From NCBI GenBank assembly GCA_963737905.1, contig CAVTUQ010000034.1, positions 32,001-96,000 on the forward strand: a DNA stretch of 64,000 nt, written 5' to 3'. The stretch's first letter is position 1. Each line of letters starts with the position of its first letter. Positions 38,150 through 47,519 of the stretch are shown here, piece after piece. The position numbers and the translations under genes were made by a program. The DNA is from an uncultured delta proteobacterium (GTDB lineage: Bacteria > Desulfobacterota > Binatia > UBA9968). The notes under the pieces are model-generated. The model saw only the letters and a list, made by a program, of their open reading frames with translations. It ran no database searches and was not told the DNA's origin.

Positions 38150-38564
38150 ATGGACGAAACAGCTGTAAGTTTGGCGAAAGCCCATCTGCGGGTGGCACGC
38201 CCCACGGACAACTTGAGGGAAGTCGTCCAGTTCTACCGCGATGGACTCGGCTTTGAAGTGCTGTGTGAGTTTAACGACCATAACGGCTTCGACGGCATCA
38301 TGCTCGGACACAAAGGAGCAACCTATCACTTAGAGTTCACGCATAAGCGCGGGCATACAGCCGGGAGGGGCACCAACTGAAGACAATCTCTTAGTGTTCT
38401 ACCTTCCCGATGAAACTGAATGGCAGCAAGCGGTACAGCGGTTAGAGAGCCGTGGATATAAACCTGTCAAGGCATTCAACCCGTATTGGGACAAACAGGG
38501 CAAGACGTTCGAAGATCCAGATGGATATCGGGTAGTGTTGCAAAACGCGCGTTGGTTTCCGTGA
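38150..38564 (+). CDS. VOC family protein, YycE-like (frameshift in G-run near 38368)
   Basis: LRVARPTDNL..V..FYRDGLG, HLEFT, PTEDNLLVFYLPD, NPYW...G.TFEDPDGYRVVLQN. Confidence 0.85.
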
Positions 38565-38570
38565 GGGAGT

Positions 38571-38641
38571 TGTGAACAAGGGCTGTGCCGTCGCTCCACG
38601 TCTTTTACAGCTCGCAAGGAGTTCAGCTTGAAGCGTTCTGA
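38571..38641 (+). mobile_element. Degenerate attC-like site
   Basis: TGTGAAC AAGGGCTG ... CAGCTTGAAGC GTTCTGA lying between two genes. Confidence 0.4.
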
Positions 38642-38658
38642 ACGGAAAGGAGAAAGCG

Positions 38659-39549
38659 ATGCACGTCGGCTTCGTAGGCACCGGTAACATGGGAGAACCC
38701 ATGGCGACCAATATCCTCAAGGCGGGCCACCAGCTCACTGTGTTCGACGTGCGGGCGGAGGCAACCGCGCCGCTTGAGAAGCTCGGGGCGCGCCGCGCGC
38801 CCGACCTCGCTACACTCGCGGCGGCGGTCGAGGTGACGCTGACGAGCTTGCCGAACGACGCTATGGTGGAGGAGGTACTATTCGGCTCCGCGGGGACGTC
38901 GGGTCTGGTGGCCGGCGCTTGCGCCGGCCACGTGGTATTCGACCTGAGCACCGTGAGCCCCGACACGACGCGGCGGCTGGCGGTCCGAGCCGCGGAGCGC
39001 GCGGTTCGGCTCATCGACGCGCCCGTGAGCGGTAGCGTCAGCGGCGCTGTTGCCGGCACGCTAGCGGTGATGATCGGCGCGCCCGCCCCCGACGTTGCGC
39101 TCTACGAGAGCGTCCTGCGCGCGATCGGCAATAACCTCTTCTTCCTGGGCGAGACCGGCCGGGGCAACATCTTGAAGCTCCTGAACAACTACGTGGCGCT
39201 CACCAACCAGGCGGCGCTCTGTGAGGCGATGGCGCTTGCCGATCGCTTGGGCGTCGACCGGCAGACTGTTGGCGCGGTGCTCAGCCACGCTTCGGGCGCG
39301 AGCTTCATCCTGGAGCGCAAGCTCTCCACCCTTGTCGCCCACGACTATCGGGCCGGCTTTTTCGTGGACCTCGCCTGGAAGGACCTGCGTCTGGCCCTCG
39401 AGTTGGCCGAGCGCGCGGGCGCCCGCACCGAAGTCGCAAGGCAGGCCTGGGAGCTTTATGGAGAAGCGAGCCGAGCCGGCTTCGGACGGCTTGACAGCTC
39501 AGGATTGCTCAACCTCCTCGAGCTGTCGCCGGGGCCTAAGCCGGCCTGA
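38659..39549 (+). CDS. NAD(P)-dependent beta-hydroxyacid dehydrogenase (3-hydroxyisobutyrate dehydrogenase family)
   Basis: VGFVGTGNMG, DLSTVSP, DAPVSG, KLLNN, KDL.LA. Confidence 0.9.
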   Translation: MHVGFVGTGNMGEPMATNILKAGHQLTVFDVRAEATAPLEKLGARRAPDLATLAAAVEVTLTSLPNDAMVEEVLFGSAGTSGLVAGACAGHVVFDLSTVSPDTTRRLAVRAAERAVRLIDAPVSGSVSGAVAGTLAVMIGAPAPDVALYESVLRAIGNNLFFLGETGRGNILKLLNNYVALTNQAALCEAMALADRLGVDRQTVGAVLSHASGASFILERKLSTLVAHDYRAGFFVDLAWKDLRLALELAERAGARTEVARQAWELYGEASRAGFGRLDSSGLLNLLELSPGPKPA

Positions 39550-39720
39550 TGTTCGAAGCGGCGCGACGGCCAACCTGCGCTTCAGCGGCATTTGGTAGTG
39601 AGTTGGGCCGCGGATCAGCACCGCTCGTAGCGCGCATCTGTCATTCCCTCGCTCGGCGCGGTCAAATGGTGTAGTTGTAGAGCCTGGATAGGCGCGCAGA
39701 TCGATAGCTTGAGAGCGCGA

Positions 39721-41496
39721 ATGTTGGCCAGAACAGAAACCATCGCGACGATTGTGGACCATTGGCTCACGCAGTTCGAAAGGGCTCTAGCGGAACCCGA
39801 CGACGTTCTGCTCAAGACTCTGTTTCATCCTGATAGCCATTGGCGCGATGTACTGGCCCTGACTTGGCGCATCAGTACGGTCAACGGCTTGGACGCGATT
39901 CTTGAAGAACTGAAAGCGCATATCGGCCGAGCCCATCCGACTGGTTTCAGGACGGATCCGCATCGGACTGCGCCCCGCTATGTGACGCGCGCGGGCACTC
40001 GCGCGATCGAGGCGATCTTCAGATTTGAAACCGCCGAGGGCCGCGGCAGCGGAGTCCTACGGCTGACCCCCGATGCCAACGATGGCAATACGCTGAGAGC
40101 GTGGACCTTGCTCACAGCGCTCGACGAAATAAAGGGGTTCGAGGAACAGGTCGGGAGATCGCGCCCCAAGGGCACGTCCTATTCGCGCGATTTTCGAGGC
40201 CCGAACTGGCTCGACCTCAGGAGATCGGCCGCCGAGTATATCGAGAGGGATCCGGTTGTGCTGGTCGTCGGCGGGGGGCAGGCCGGGCTCTCGATCGCCG
40301 CACGCTTGACTCAATTGCAGGTCGATACACTGATTGTGGACCGCGAACAGCGCATCGGTGACAACTGGCGCAACCGCTATCACGCGCTGACCCTGCACAA
40401 CCAGGTGCACGTCAACCACCTTCCCTACATGCCTTTTCCACCGAGCTGGCCGACCTACATTCCCAAAGACAAACTGGCCGGCTGGTTCGAGGCCTACGTG
40501 GAAGGCATGGAGCTCAACTACTGGACGGGCACGGAATTCGAGGGCGGGGCATACAATGAGACAGAAGAGCGTTGGTCCGTTGTGCTGCGTCGGGCGGACG
40601 GCACCAAGCGGGAGATGCGTCCGCGACACGTCGTGATGGCCACCGGAGTCAGCGGCATTCCGAACCTTCCGGATATTCCGACGTTGCGCAACTTCGGCGG
40701 CAAGATTCTGCACTCCAGCCAATACGACGACGGCGAGGCATGGAAAGGCAGGAACGTCCTCGTCATCGGCACCGGCAACAGCGGCCATGATATTGCGCAG
40801 GACCTGTACTCGAGCGGGGCAAAGGTCACTCTCGTTCAACGCCATTCGACCCTGATCGTCAATATCGAGCCGAGCGCGCAACTTCCCTACGCGTTGTATG
40901 ACGAAGGACCTCCTCTGGAGGACTGCGACCTCATCACGACGTCCATCCCGCTTCCACTCTTAAGGAAAACTCACATCCTGTTGACCGAACGAGCGAAGAA
41001 TCTGGACAGGGAACTCCTCGATGGGCTGGAGCGCGTGGGGTTCAAGCTTGATTTCGGGGAAGACGGAACGGGCTGGCAGTTCAAGTACCTCACCCGCGGC
41101 GGCGGTTACTACTTCAATGTCGGCTGTTCCGATTTGATCGTTGAAGGTGAGATCGGACTGGTGCAATTTTCCGATATCGCAGCGTTCGTCGCAGAGGGAG
41201 CGCGGATGGGCACCGGCGAAACGCTTGCCGCCGATTTGATCGTGTTGGCGACCGGCTACAAGGGACAGGAATATCTGGTTCGCAAGCTGTTTGGCGATGA
41301 TGTTGCCGCCCGCGTTGGCCCCATCTGGGGATTCGGCGATGAACAGGAGTTGCGCAACATGTTCACGCGCACCGCGCAGCCGGGCCTGTGGTTTATCGCC
41401 GGCAGTCTGGCCCAGTGCCGCATCTACTCTAAATATCTCGGCCTGCAGATAAAGGCCTGCGAGGTAGGGCTGCTACCCCGAAACAAATTTAAATGA
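39721..41496 (+). CDS. Flavin-containing monooxygenase (class B) with an N-terminal SnoaL-like domain
   Basis: GGGQAG, GDNWRNRYHAL.LH, FGGKILHSSQY, GTGNSGHDIA, VLATGY. Confidence 0.9.
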   Translation: MLARTETIATIVDHWLTQFERALAEPDDVLLKTLFHPDSHWRDVLALTWRISTVNGLDAILEELKAHIGRAHPTGFRTDPHRTAPRYVTRAGTRAIEAIFRFETAEGRGSGVLRLTPDANDGNTLRAWTLLTALDEIKGFEEQVGRSRPKGTSYSRDFRGPNWLDLRRSAAEYIERDPVVLVVGGGQAGLSIAARLTQLQVDTLIVDREQRIGDNWRNRYHALTLHNQVHVNHLPYMPFPPSWPTYIPKDKLAGWFEAYVEGMELNYWTGTEFEGGAYNETEERWSVVLRRADGTKREMRPRHVVMATGVSGIPNLPDIPTLRNFGGKILHSSQYDDGEAWKGRNVLVIGTGNSGHDIAQDLYSSGAKVTLVQRHSTLIVNIEPSAQLPYALYDEGPPLEDCDLITTSIPLPLLRKTHILLTERAKNLDRELLDGLERVGFKLDFGEDGTGWQFKYLTRGGGYYFNVGCSDLIVEGEIGLVQFSDIAAFVAEGARMGTGETLAADLIVLATGYKGQEYLVRKLFGDDVAARVGPIWGFGDEQELRNMFTRTAQPGLWFIAGSLAQCRIYSKYLGLQIKACEVGLLPRNKFK

Positions 41497-41514
41497 CCAA
41501 TAGAGAAAGCACGA

Positions 41515-41658
41515 AATTCGAAATCCGAAACAAATTCAAATGTTCAAAAAACTAAAATTCAAAACAAATGCGATTCGGATTCGGGGTTTTGGATTTTCTG
41601 ACTTTTAGGATTCTTTTGTGCTCACTTGATACGAATTTCGATATTCGGATTTCGAATT
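41515..41658. repeat. AT-rich long inverted repeat built from 7-mer units
   Basis: AATTCGAAATCCGAAA ... TTTCGATATTCGGATTTCGAATT. Confidence 0.7.
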
Positions 41659-41732
41659 ATCGCGCAGGGTGGTGCCAGTAAAATTTGTTGAAGTCGTTCT
41701 GCTTAACATTCGAAAGGGAAGAGTCAAATGGC

Positions 41733-42248
41733 ATGATCTACATGGTGGAGATGGCGCTGCTCGAGACCGCGCGGCGCGCCGAGTGGGACGCCTGGTACTT
41801 CGCCCACCAGCATCGGCTGCTGTCCATCCCGGGATTCCGCGCCAGTCAGCGCTTCGAGACAATCCACACGGTGGAATCGCCCTTTGTGGCGCTGCACGAG
41901 GTTGACTCGCCCGAGATCTTCTCTAGCCCCGCATATCGTGCGAACGGAGGACCGAGCAACACGGGTGAGTGGCAGGCGAAGATGGGTCACTGGCACCGTA
42001 ACCTGTTCGGCGCGGAACATACCCCGGATGTGCCCATGGAGGCACGTCTGGTAGTCGTCGAGGAGGGTAGCGACCCGGCGTTGCCGGACCACGTGTCGGT
42101 GCGGTGGATGGAGGCAGTCGGGCTGGATCGCAGCGTGCCACGGCGCGGGCTCGCGGTGCTGCCGCCCGCGACGGCGGACCCGCTCGTCGGCACGCCCGGC
42201 ATCCGCGTTCTGAAACCGATCGGCGCGCGCCTCCGCGGCAAAGGCTGA
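41733..42248 (+). CDS. Hypothetical protein (EthD/dimeric alpha-beta barrel-like)
   Basis: WDAWY..H...LLSIPGF...QRF, FSSPAYR. Confidence 0.6.
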   Translation: MIYMVEMALLETARRAEWDAWYFAHQHRLLSIPGFRASQRFETIHTVESPFVALHEVDSPEIFSSPAYRANGGPSNTGEWQAKMGHWHRNLFGAEHTPDVPMEARLVVVEEGSDPALPDHVSVRWMEAVGLDRSVPRRGLAVLPPATADPLVGTPGIRVLKPIGARLRGKG

Positions 42249-42356
42249 CGCGAGCAAAGGAGCACGCGATGGAGGGGATCGTCGAGGTGGTACACCGGAG
42301 TGCGTCATACACTCAAAGGGAAGAAAAGGGGATAAAGGCCGGTTATTGACGGTGTT

Positions 42357-42411
42357 GCCTAACCTTTGGGAAGGACGCGGCGGACAGCGCCTCTCACCAA
42401 AATCGTTAGGC
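42357..42411 (+). mobile_element. attC site (55 bp)
   Basis: R'' GCCTAAC exactly complementary to R' GTTAGGC; shares GAAGGACGCGGCGGAC.GCGCCTCTCACC with the attC at 15672. Confidence 0.8.
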
Positions 42412-42434
42412 GGGGGAAGTGGAGACGCGCGTTG

Positions 42435-43400
42435 ATGCTGCTTTCCATAGGTCTCATCGCCCTGGGTATTATCCTGCTCGTGGCGGGCGGTGAAACGCTC
42501 CTTCGCGGAGCAGTCGGTCTCGCCACACTTCTGCGGCTGACGCCCGCTGTCATCGGTCTGACGGTCGTCGCCGCCGGGACGTCCGTACCCGAACTCGCGG
42601 TCAGCGCTGTCGCCGCCTACCAGGGGAAGGTGGATATCGCGGTCGCCAACGTGATTGGCTCGAATATCTTTAACATCACGGTCATCCTGGGACTTTGTGC
42701 CCTGATCCGTCCGTTCGCTCTCACCGGCAACACGATCAAGCTCGAATATCCGGTCCTCGCGCTCGTAACGCTCCTTTGTCTGGTCGTCGCCCAGGACGGT
42801 GAGATCAACCGGTTGGACGCCTCGCTGTTCTTGGCTGTTTACGTCGGCTTCACTGCGTATCTCGTAAGCCTGGTTCGCCAGCAGGTGACGGCCGCCGAGA
42901 CCCGGGAACTGAATGCCGAGGTCAAGGAACTCACGCCGGCCGAGAATCGGCCGCGCGCCTGGGTTTGCCTCGCGCTCGTCGTGGCCGGTGCCTTGCTATT
43001 GGCAGGAGGCGCTCACGCGACGGTAACGGGCGCAGCCGAACTAGCTCGCCTCTTTGGCTGGTCGGAGCGGCTCATTGGGCTGACGGTCGTTTCCGTCGGG
43101 ACGGGGCTTCCGGAAGTCGTCGCGTCCCTAGTGTCGAGTGTTCGCGGCCGGAGCGACGTGGCCCTCGGCAACGTCATCGGCTCAAACCTGTTCAATATCC
43201 TTGCCGTCCTCGGCCTGAGCGCGATGGCATCGCCGCTGCCAGTTCAACCAGCGCTGATGGCTAGTGACAGCTGGTGGATGCTGGGGGTGACGCTGCTACT
43301 GTTCCCGATCTTGTTCACGGGATTGCGGGTGAGACGCGGGGAGGGCGGCCTGCTTCTGGTTGTGTATTGCGTGTACCTTGGGTTGTTGCTGAGTGGGTAG
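42435..43400 (+). CDS. Calcium/sodium antiporter (CaCA family, YrbG-like)
   Basis: Two alpha repeats GTSVPE...NVIGSNIFN and GTGLPE...NVIGSNLFN. Confidence 0.9.
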   Translation: MLLSIGLIALGIILLVAGGETLLRGAVGLATLLRLTPAVIGLTVVAAGTSVPELAVSAVAAYQGKVDIAVANVIGSNIFNITVILGLCALIRPFALTGNTIKLEYPVLALVTLLCLVVAQDGEINRLDASLFLAVYVGFTAYLVSLVRQQVTAAETRELNAEVKELTPAENRPRAWVCLALVVAGALLLAGGAHATVTGAAELARLFGWSERLIGLTVVSVGTGLPEVVASLVSSVRGRSDVALGNVIGSNLFNILAVLGLSAMASPLPVQPALMASDSWWMLGVTLLLFPILFTGLRVRRGEGGLLLVVYCVYLGLLLSG

Positions 43401-43490
43401 CCGCATCAACACGACGTTCCTTGCGGCGACCGTTTTTAAGCCTGGGGGCAGTAGCGCGGATCAACGGGCAGCCGTGAGCCCAGGGTTATT

Positions 43491-44492
43491 TCACTTTGGC
43501 AGCCGCGGTGGAACGATTTCGATGAGCACGGCTTCGGGGTCCGCGCCCCAGCGCCAGGGAAGTCCCACGCTGCCGAGACCGCGTGAGACAACAAGCAGCG
43601 ATGAGCCAAATGCGAAATTGCCCTCGTCGAGACAAAAACGGCTCTGGCGAAGTATTGGCGAGCCATAGGGCAGACGTATTTGGCCACCATGAGTGTGGCC
43701 TGAAAGGGTCAGCGGTATCCGGTGGGACGCAGCCTCGTAAAAAAAATCTGGGTTGTGCGCCAGAAGAAGATGCGGAGCCCCGTGTGGCGACAACATTTTT
43801 TCCCAATCCGGCGCACCCATGATGCGGTCGTCGATCCCGCCGAGAACAAAAGTCCCTCTGCCATGCCTGAGGAGCACGGAGTCATTTTGGAGAGTTGTGA
43901 TTCCGATCGACTTCAGATTTTTTCGAATGTCCGCCGGATCGCCACCGAAATAGTCGTGGTTGCCGTAGCAATACCACGCGCCTAGAGGGGCTCGGGATAA
44001 GAGACTCAAGATGTCCAGGTATTTGCTTACTTCGCTTGAATGGCCTGTGACAATATCACCGCTGATGGCTACCAAGTCTGGTTTTAGCTCCATCAACGAC
44101 GCACTGATTTTCGCTAGCGGTTCCGGTTTGAGGAAGATGCCGCAATGAATGTCGGAGATTAACAGTACCCTCAGGGGATCCAGTTCCGCCGGCCAACCCT
44201 GCGGCGAGAGCGAAGTCTCCGCCAGGGCAAAGCGTCTTTCGAGCAGCCAACTATACGGATTCCACACAGCGGCGAGATGCGGATATAGAAAACGCGATAG
44301 GGCCATGTCCGTGTTGCGTTCCAGGAGCTTTAGAATCCCTTTGTTGGGATTGATCCATCGCCGCTCCTTCCCGCTCATCACACGCGGCGGTGAAAGTTGT
44401 CGTGTTTTTAGGGTTGTGGTTGTGGATTTCCTTGTCATCGCTGGAGATACTATCTCATGCACCTTGGAGAGATCCGTCTTTGAGATCGACAT
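43491..44492 (-). CDS. Metallophosphoesterase (YkuE/YaeI-like)
   Basis: ISDIH, GDIV, GNHD, LLAHNPD, SGHTHGGQ. Confidence 0.9.
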   Translation of the reverse strand: MSISKTDLSKVHEIVSPAMTRKSTTTTLKTRQLSPPRVMSGKERRWINPNKGILKLLERNTDMALSRFLYPHLAAVWNPYSWLLERRFALAETSLSPQGWPAELDPLRVLLISDIHCGIFLKPEPLAKISASLMELKPDLVAISGDIVTGHSSEVSKYLDILSLLSRAPLGAWYCYGNHDYFGGDPADIRKNLKSIGITTLQNDSVLLRHGRGTFVLGGIDDRIMGAPDWEKMLSPHGAPHLLLAHNPDFFYEAASHRIPLTLSGHTHGGQIRLPYGSPILRQSRFCLDEGNFAFGSSLLVVSRGLGSVGLPWRWGADPEAVLIEIVPPRLPK

Positions 44493-44608
44493 ATCCTGAT
44501 ATTGTGACTTAATCTGCCGACCTGAACAACCTCACGCGTTGACAAATTAGTCCGTGGAGCACTAAAGTTGCCGTTGGGTCGGATACATTCGCGCAAGAGA
44601 AATTTCAA

Positions 44609-45889
44609 ATGCAGTTGAAGCTTGCAATCCATCGAATATCAGCGATCTGCTTCGGAACCGTTACCTCCTTAGACGGAACGACACTGGTTGTGGACGCCGA
44701 AGAGTTGCGTCGCCTGGTGTTGGAAGATCCGTCTCTCTCAGGCGTCAAATTTGAGATTGTGCAGCCAGGTGAAAGCTGCCGGGCGGGACCGGTTTTCGAC
44801 ATTATCGAGCCCAGAGCAAAAGGACCGGATTCGAGCCCGGACTTCCCCGGCATTTTAGGGCCGCCGCAAACCGCGGGCATGGGCACGACGCATGTTCTGG
44901 AAGGGATGGCGGTAACCGTACTGAAAGAGACAGGTGCGGGCGACTCGCGCGGAGCGCCAGGATATATCCTGGAGATGAGCGGCGGCCCGGCTGACGGAAC
45001 GAAGTATGCCTCGCTGCATCATCTGGTCGTGATCCCATACACCAAGCCTGGACTGCCGGGCCATGCGCAGCAAAAAGCCTACCGTTTGGCAGGGCTAAAA
45101 GCCGCGGTTTATTTGGCGCGAGCGGCGATGAACGAAACACCGGTCTCGACGCAAACGTTCGAATCTATCGGACCTGCGGAAGGGGATCGGGATGGGCTGC
45201 CGCGGGTCGCCTACATCGGTCAAATTTTTTCGCGTCAGCGAAAGCCGCAGTCGGGCGAGCAGATCTTATATGGCGCGGGTACGGATGGTATGCTGCCCGT
45301 CGTGCTTCACCCCGACGAATGGCTCGACGGAGCGCTGGTCCCCTCCTACCATAACTCGCTAGGAGGCGTGGAGACCTATTTCTATCAGAATCATCCGGTG
45401 ATCGGTGAACTTTACCGGCGCCATCATGCGCGCGAGCTTAACTTCGTCGGCACGGTTGCGACGATTGCCGCGGCGGATAATTTTGACCGCGACCGTAACT
45501 GCCGATTCGCCGCCAATCTCGTCCGCTGGTCATTGAAAGCGAACGCCGCGGTGTTGACCAAGTTCGGTGGCGGCGTGCCCCACGCCGATCTGGCGGAAAC
45601 GGCGCGCCTGCTGGAGGGCATGGGCACCAAGACCGCGGTTCAGGTGACTGATCTCGCTCGGGACCGAAGGTTGGAGTCGGCGTTGCTATTTAATTTTCCC
45701 GAGGTCAACGCCATTGTCTGCATCGGCGGCAACAGCACGACATGGGAGGCGTCTCGCCTCGATCGAGTGATAGCAGCGAGCCCCGAGATGGTCGAGCGGC
45801 TGCGCGGCCCGTTTGAGCTTGAAGCGATGAGCGTCATCGGCGTATCCAATCAGCAGGGGATATCCCGGCTGAGGGCGATGATCTATTAA
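44609..45889 (+). CDS. Glycine/sarcosine/betaine reductase component B partner subunit (GrdE/GrdI-like)
   Basis: DIIEPRAK, G.THVLEG, AYRLAGLKAAVYLA, LPRVAYI, LHPDEWLDGA, TY.YQNHP. Confidence 0.8.
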   Translation: MQLKLAIHRISAICFGTVTSLDGTTLVVDAEELRRLVLEDPSLSGVKFEIVQPGESCRAGPVFDIIEPRAKGPDSSPDFPGILGPPQTAGMGTTHVLEGMAVTVLKETGAGDSRGAPGYILEMSGGPADGTKYASLHHLVVIPYTKPGLPGHAQQKAYRLAGLKAAVYLARAAMNETPVSTQTFESIGPAEGDRDGLPRVAYIGQIFSRQRKPQSGEQILYGAGTDGMLPVVLHPDEWLDGALVPSYHNSLGGVETYFYQNHPVIGELYRRHHARELNFVGTVATIAAADNFDRDRNCRFAANLVRWSLKANAAVLTKFGGGVPHADLAETARLLEGMGTKTAVQVTDLARDRRLESALLFNFPEVNAIVCIGGNSTTWEASRLDRVIAASPEMVERLRGPFELEAMSVIGVSNQQGISRLRAMIY

Positions 45890-45910
45890 CGCAAGGGTAT
45901 GCGATACGAA

Positions 45911-45981
45911 TGGAACGGCTGGAACGACTTGAACATAAGGCGCTGCTCGTTCAAGCGGTTCAAAACGTTCAAGCCGTTCAA
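45911..45981. repeat. Inverted 9-mer arrays between the two grd genes
   Basis: TGGAACGGC TGGAACGAC TTGAAC ... GTTCAAGCG GTTCAAAAC GTTCAAGCC GTTCAA. Confidence 0.7.
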
Positions 45982-46003
45982 CTAGATTCAAAGAGGAGCG
46001 CAC

Positions 46004-47284
46004 ATGCGAGTTGTACATTATCTGAATCAGTTTTTCGGCGGTCTTGGCGGAGAAGATAAGGCGGGTGTCCCGCTAGAAGCGCGTGAGGGCGCCGTGGGTC
46101 CAGGTCTGCTGCTGGAGCAATTGCTCGGCAACGATGCAAAAGTGGTCATCACCCTCGTTTGCGGCGATAACTATGCCGTCGAAAAGCAGGAGGCGATGAT
46201 TGACGCGGCCCTCGAAAAAATCCGCGAGGTCAAACCAGATCTATTTGTTGCAGGTCCTTGCTTTCAAGCCGGCCGCTATGGGATGGCGGCGGCAGCGCTC
46301 TGTTCTGCGGCGCAGTCGAAACTAGGGATTCCCGTTGTCACGGGCATGAGCGAAGAAAACCCCGGGGCCGATCTCTATCGCGAGGGACTTTACATCATCG
46401 ACTCCGGCACGAGTGCTGCCAGAATGCGCGACGTGCTCGTCAAGATGGCAAGCTTGGCGATGAAGCTGGTGAGCAAAGCGGAAATCGGCCTGCCGGCGGA
46501 AGAGAGCTACTTGACGCGTGGCTTGATACGGGATCAATTCGTTGAGCAAACAGCCGCGCAGCGGCTGGTGGATATGGTTTTGGCGAAGGTCAAAGGCGAG
46601 CCGTTTGAGTCGGAGATGATGCCGACTGCATTTGCGCCCATTCCGATGGCGCCGCCGCTCAAGGATCTATCGAAAGCCAGAGTGATGCTGATTACGGATG
46701 GTGGTTTGGTGCCGAAGGGAAACCCGGATCGGATTCAAGGCTCGGCTGCCACCCGGTGGGGTTCATACAAGATCGAAGGCTGCGACGATCTCAAAGCCGA
46801 AGATTACGAAATCTCCCACGGCGGCTATGATCCGCAATTCGTTCGGCAGGACCCCGATCGCTTGGTGCCGCTCGACACCATGCGCGAACTGGAGCGGGAA
46901 GGCGTCATCGGCAAGCTGCACGATGAATTCATCTCGACTTCGGGGTTGGCCAATCCGCTTTCCAATACGCGGCGCATGGGCCGCGAGATGGCTGAACGAG
47001 TGAAACAGCTCGGCATTGATGCAGTTATCCTTACGTCCACGTGAGGAACCAGCACCCGCAGCGGCGCTGCGATCACAACGGAATTGGAAAAGGCCGGGAT
47101 TCCGACGGTTCAAATTACAGCAGCTCTCCCGATCGCAAAGATGGTGGGCTCCAACCGCACCGTGTTGGGCAATGGCATCGTTCACGTCGTTGGCGATGCC
47201 AACCTTTCACCGGAGCAAGAAAAAGAAGTGCGCCGCAAACTGGTGGAAAAGGCGTTGGAGACGCTTAAGTCGGAAAGAAGCTAA
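46004..47284 (+). CDS. grdB: Glycine/betaine/sarcosine reductase selenoprotein B-like; Sec at TGA 47042-47044
   Basis: VVHYLNQFFGG.GGED, CGDNY, AGPCFQAGRYG, EENPG, GGLVPKGNPDRI, HGGYD, ILTST-UGA-GTSTRSG continuing in frame to EKAGIP...VGSNR. Confidence 0.9.
47057..47071 (+). promoter_or_regulatory. Putative bacterial SECIS hairpin
   Basis: CGCAGC-GGC-GCTGCG stem-loop; G-containing loop starts 18 nt after the UGA. Confidence 0.6.
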
Positions 47285-47360
47285 TCCTCAAGGCCACGAC
47301 CTCTTTGATCTCCGGCCTGGCATAAATCGAGAATGCATGAGTGGGAACCGGCATGCCGGG

Positions 47361-47519
47361 TTAGATCAGATCGGCGCCGCTCAGCATCGCAAATAGCGAC
47401 GCCGCCTCTGCGCGCGTCACCACTAGGAACAGCTGCACGGCGAGCACCAATAGCAAACCGAAAAACGCTATCAGAAGCAATCGAAGAACCGGAAGAACTT
47501 TTTCATCGTTGTCAGACAT
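47361..47519 (-). CDS. Small membrane protein
   Basis: RBS GGAGG, MSDNDEKV followed by one hydrophobic helix. Confidence 0.45.
   Translation of the reverse strand: MSDNDEKVLPVLRLLLIAFFGLLLVLAVQLFLVVTRAEAASLFAMLSGADLI

Noticed and set aside
8630-38370. Programmed ribosomal frameshifting in the broken genes
   Set aside because: Unrelated families and no common slippery site with a stimulator; sequencing error is simpler.
43404-43491. Complete attC after the antiporter gene
   Set aside because: Only a plausible R'' (CATCAAC) is visible; no convincing paired L boxes or canonical R'.
47041-47284. Separate small genes at 47041-47268 and 47084-47284
   Set aside because: 47084-47284 is the in-frame C-terminus of GrdB after the UGA; the other is an off-frame shadow.
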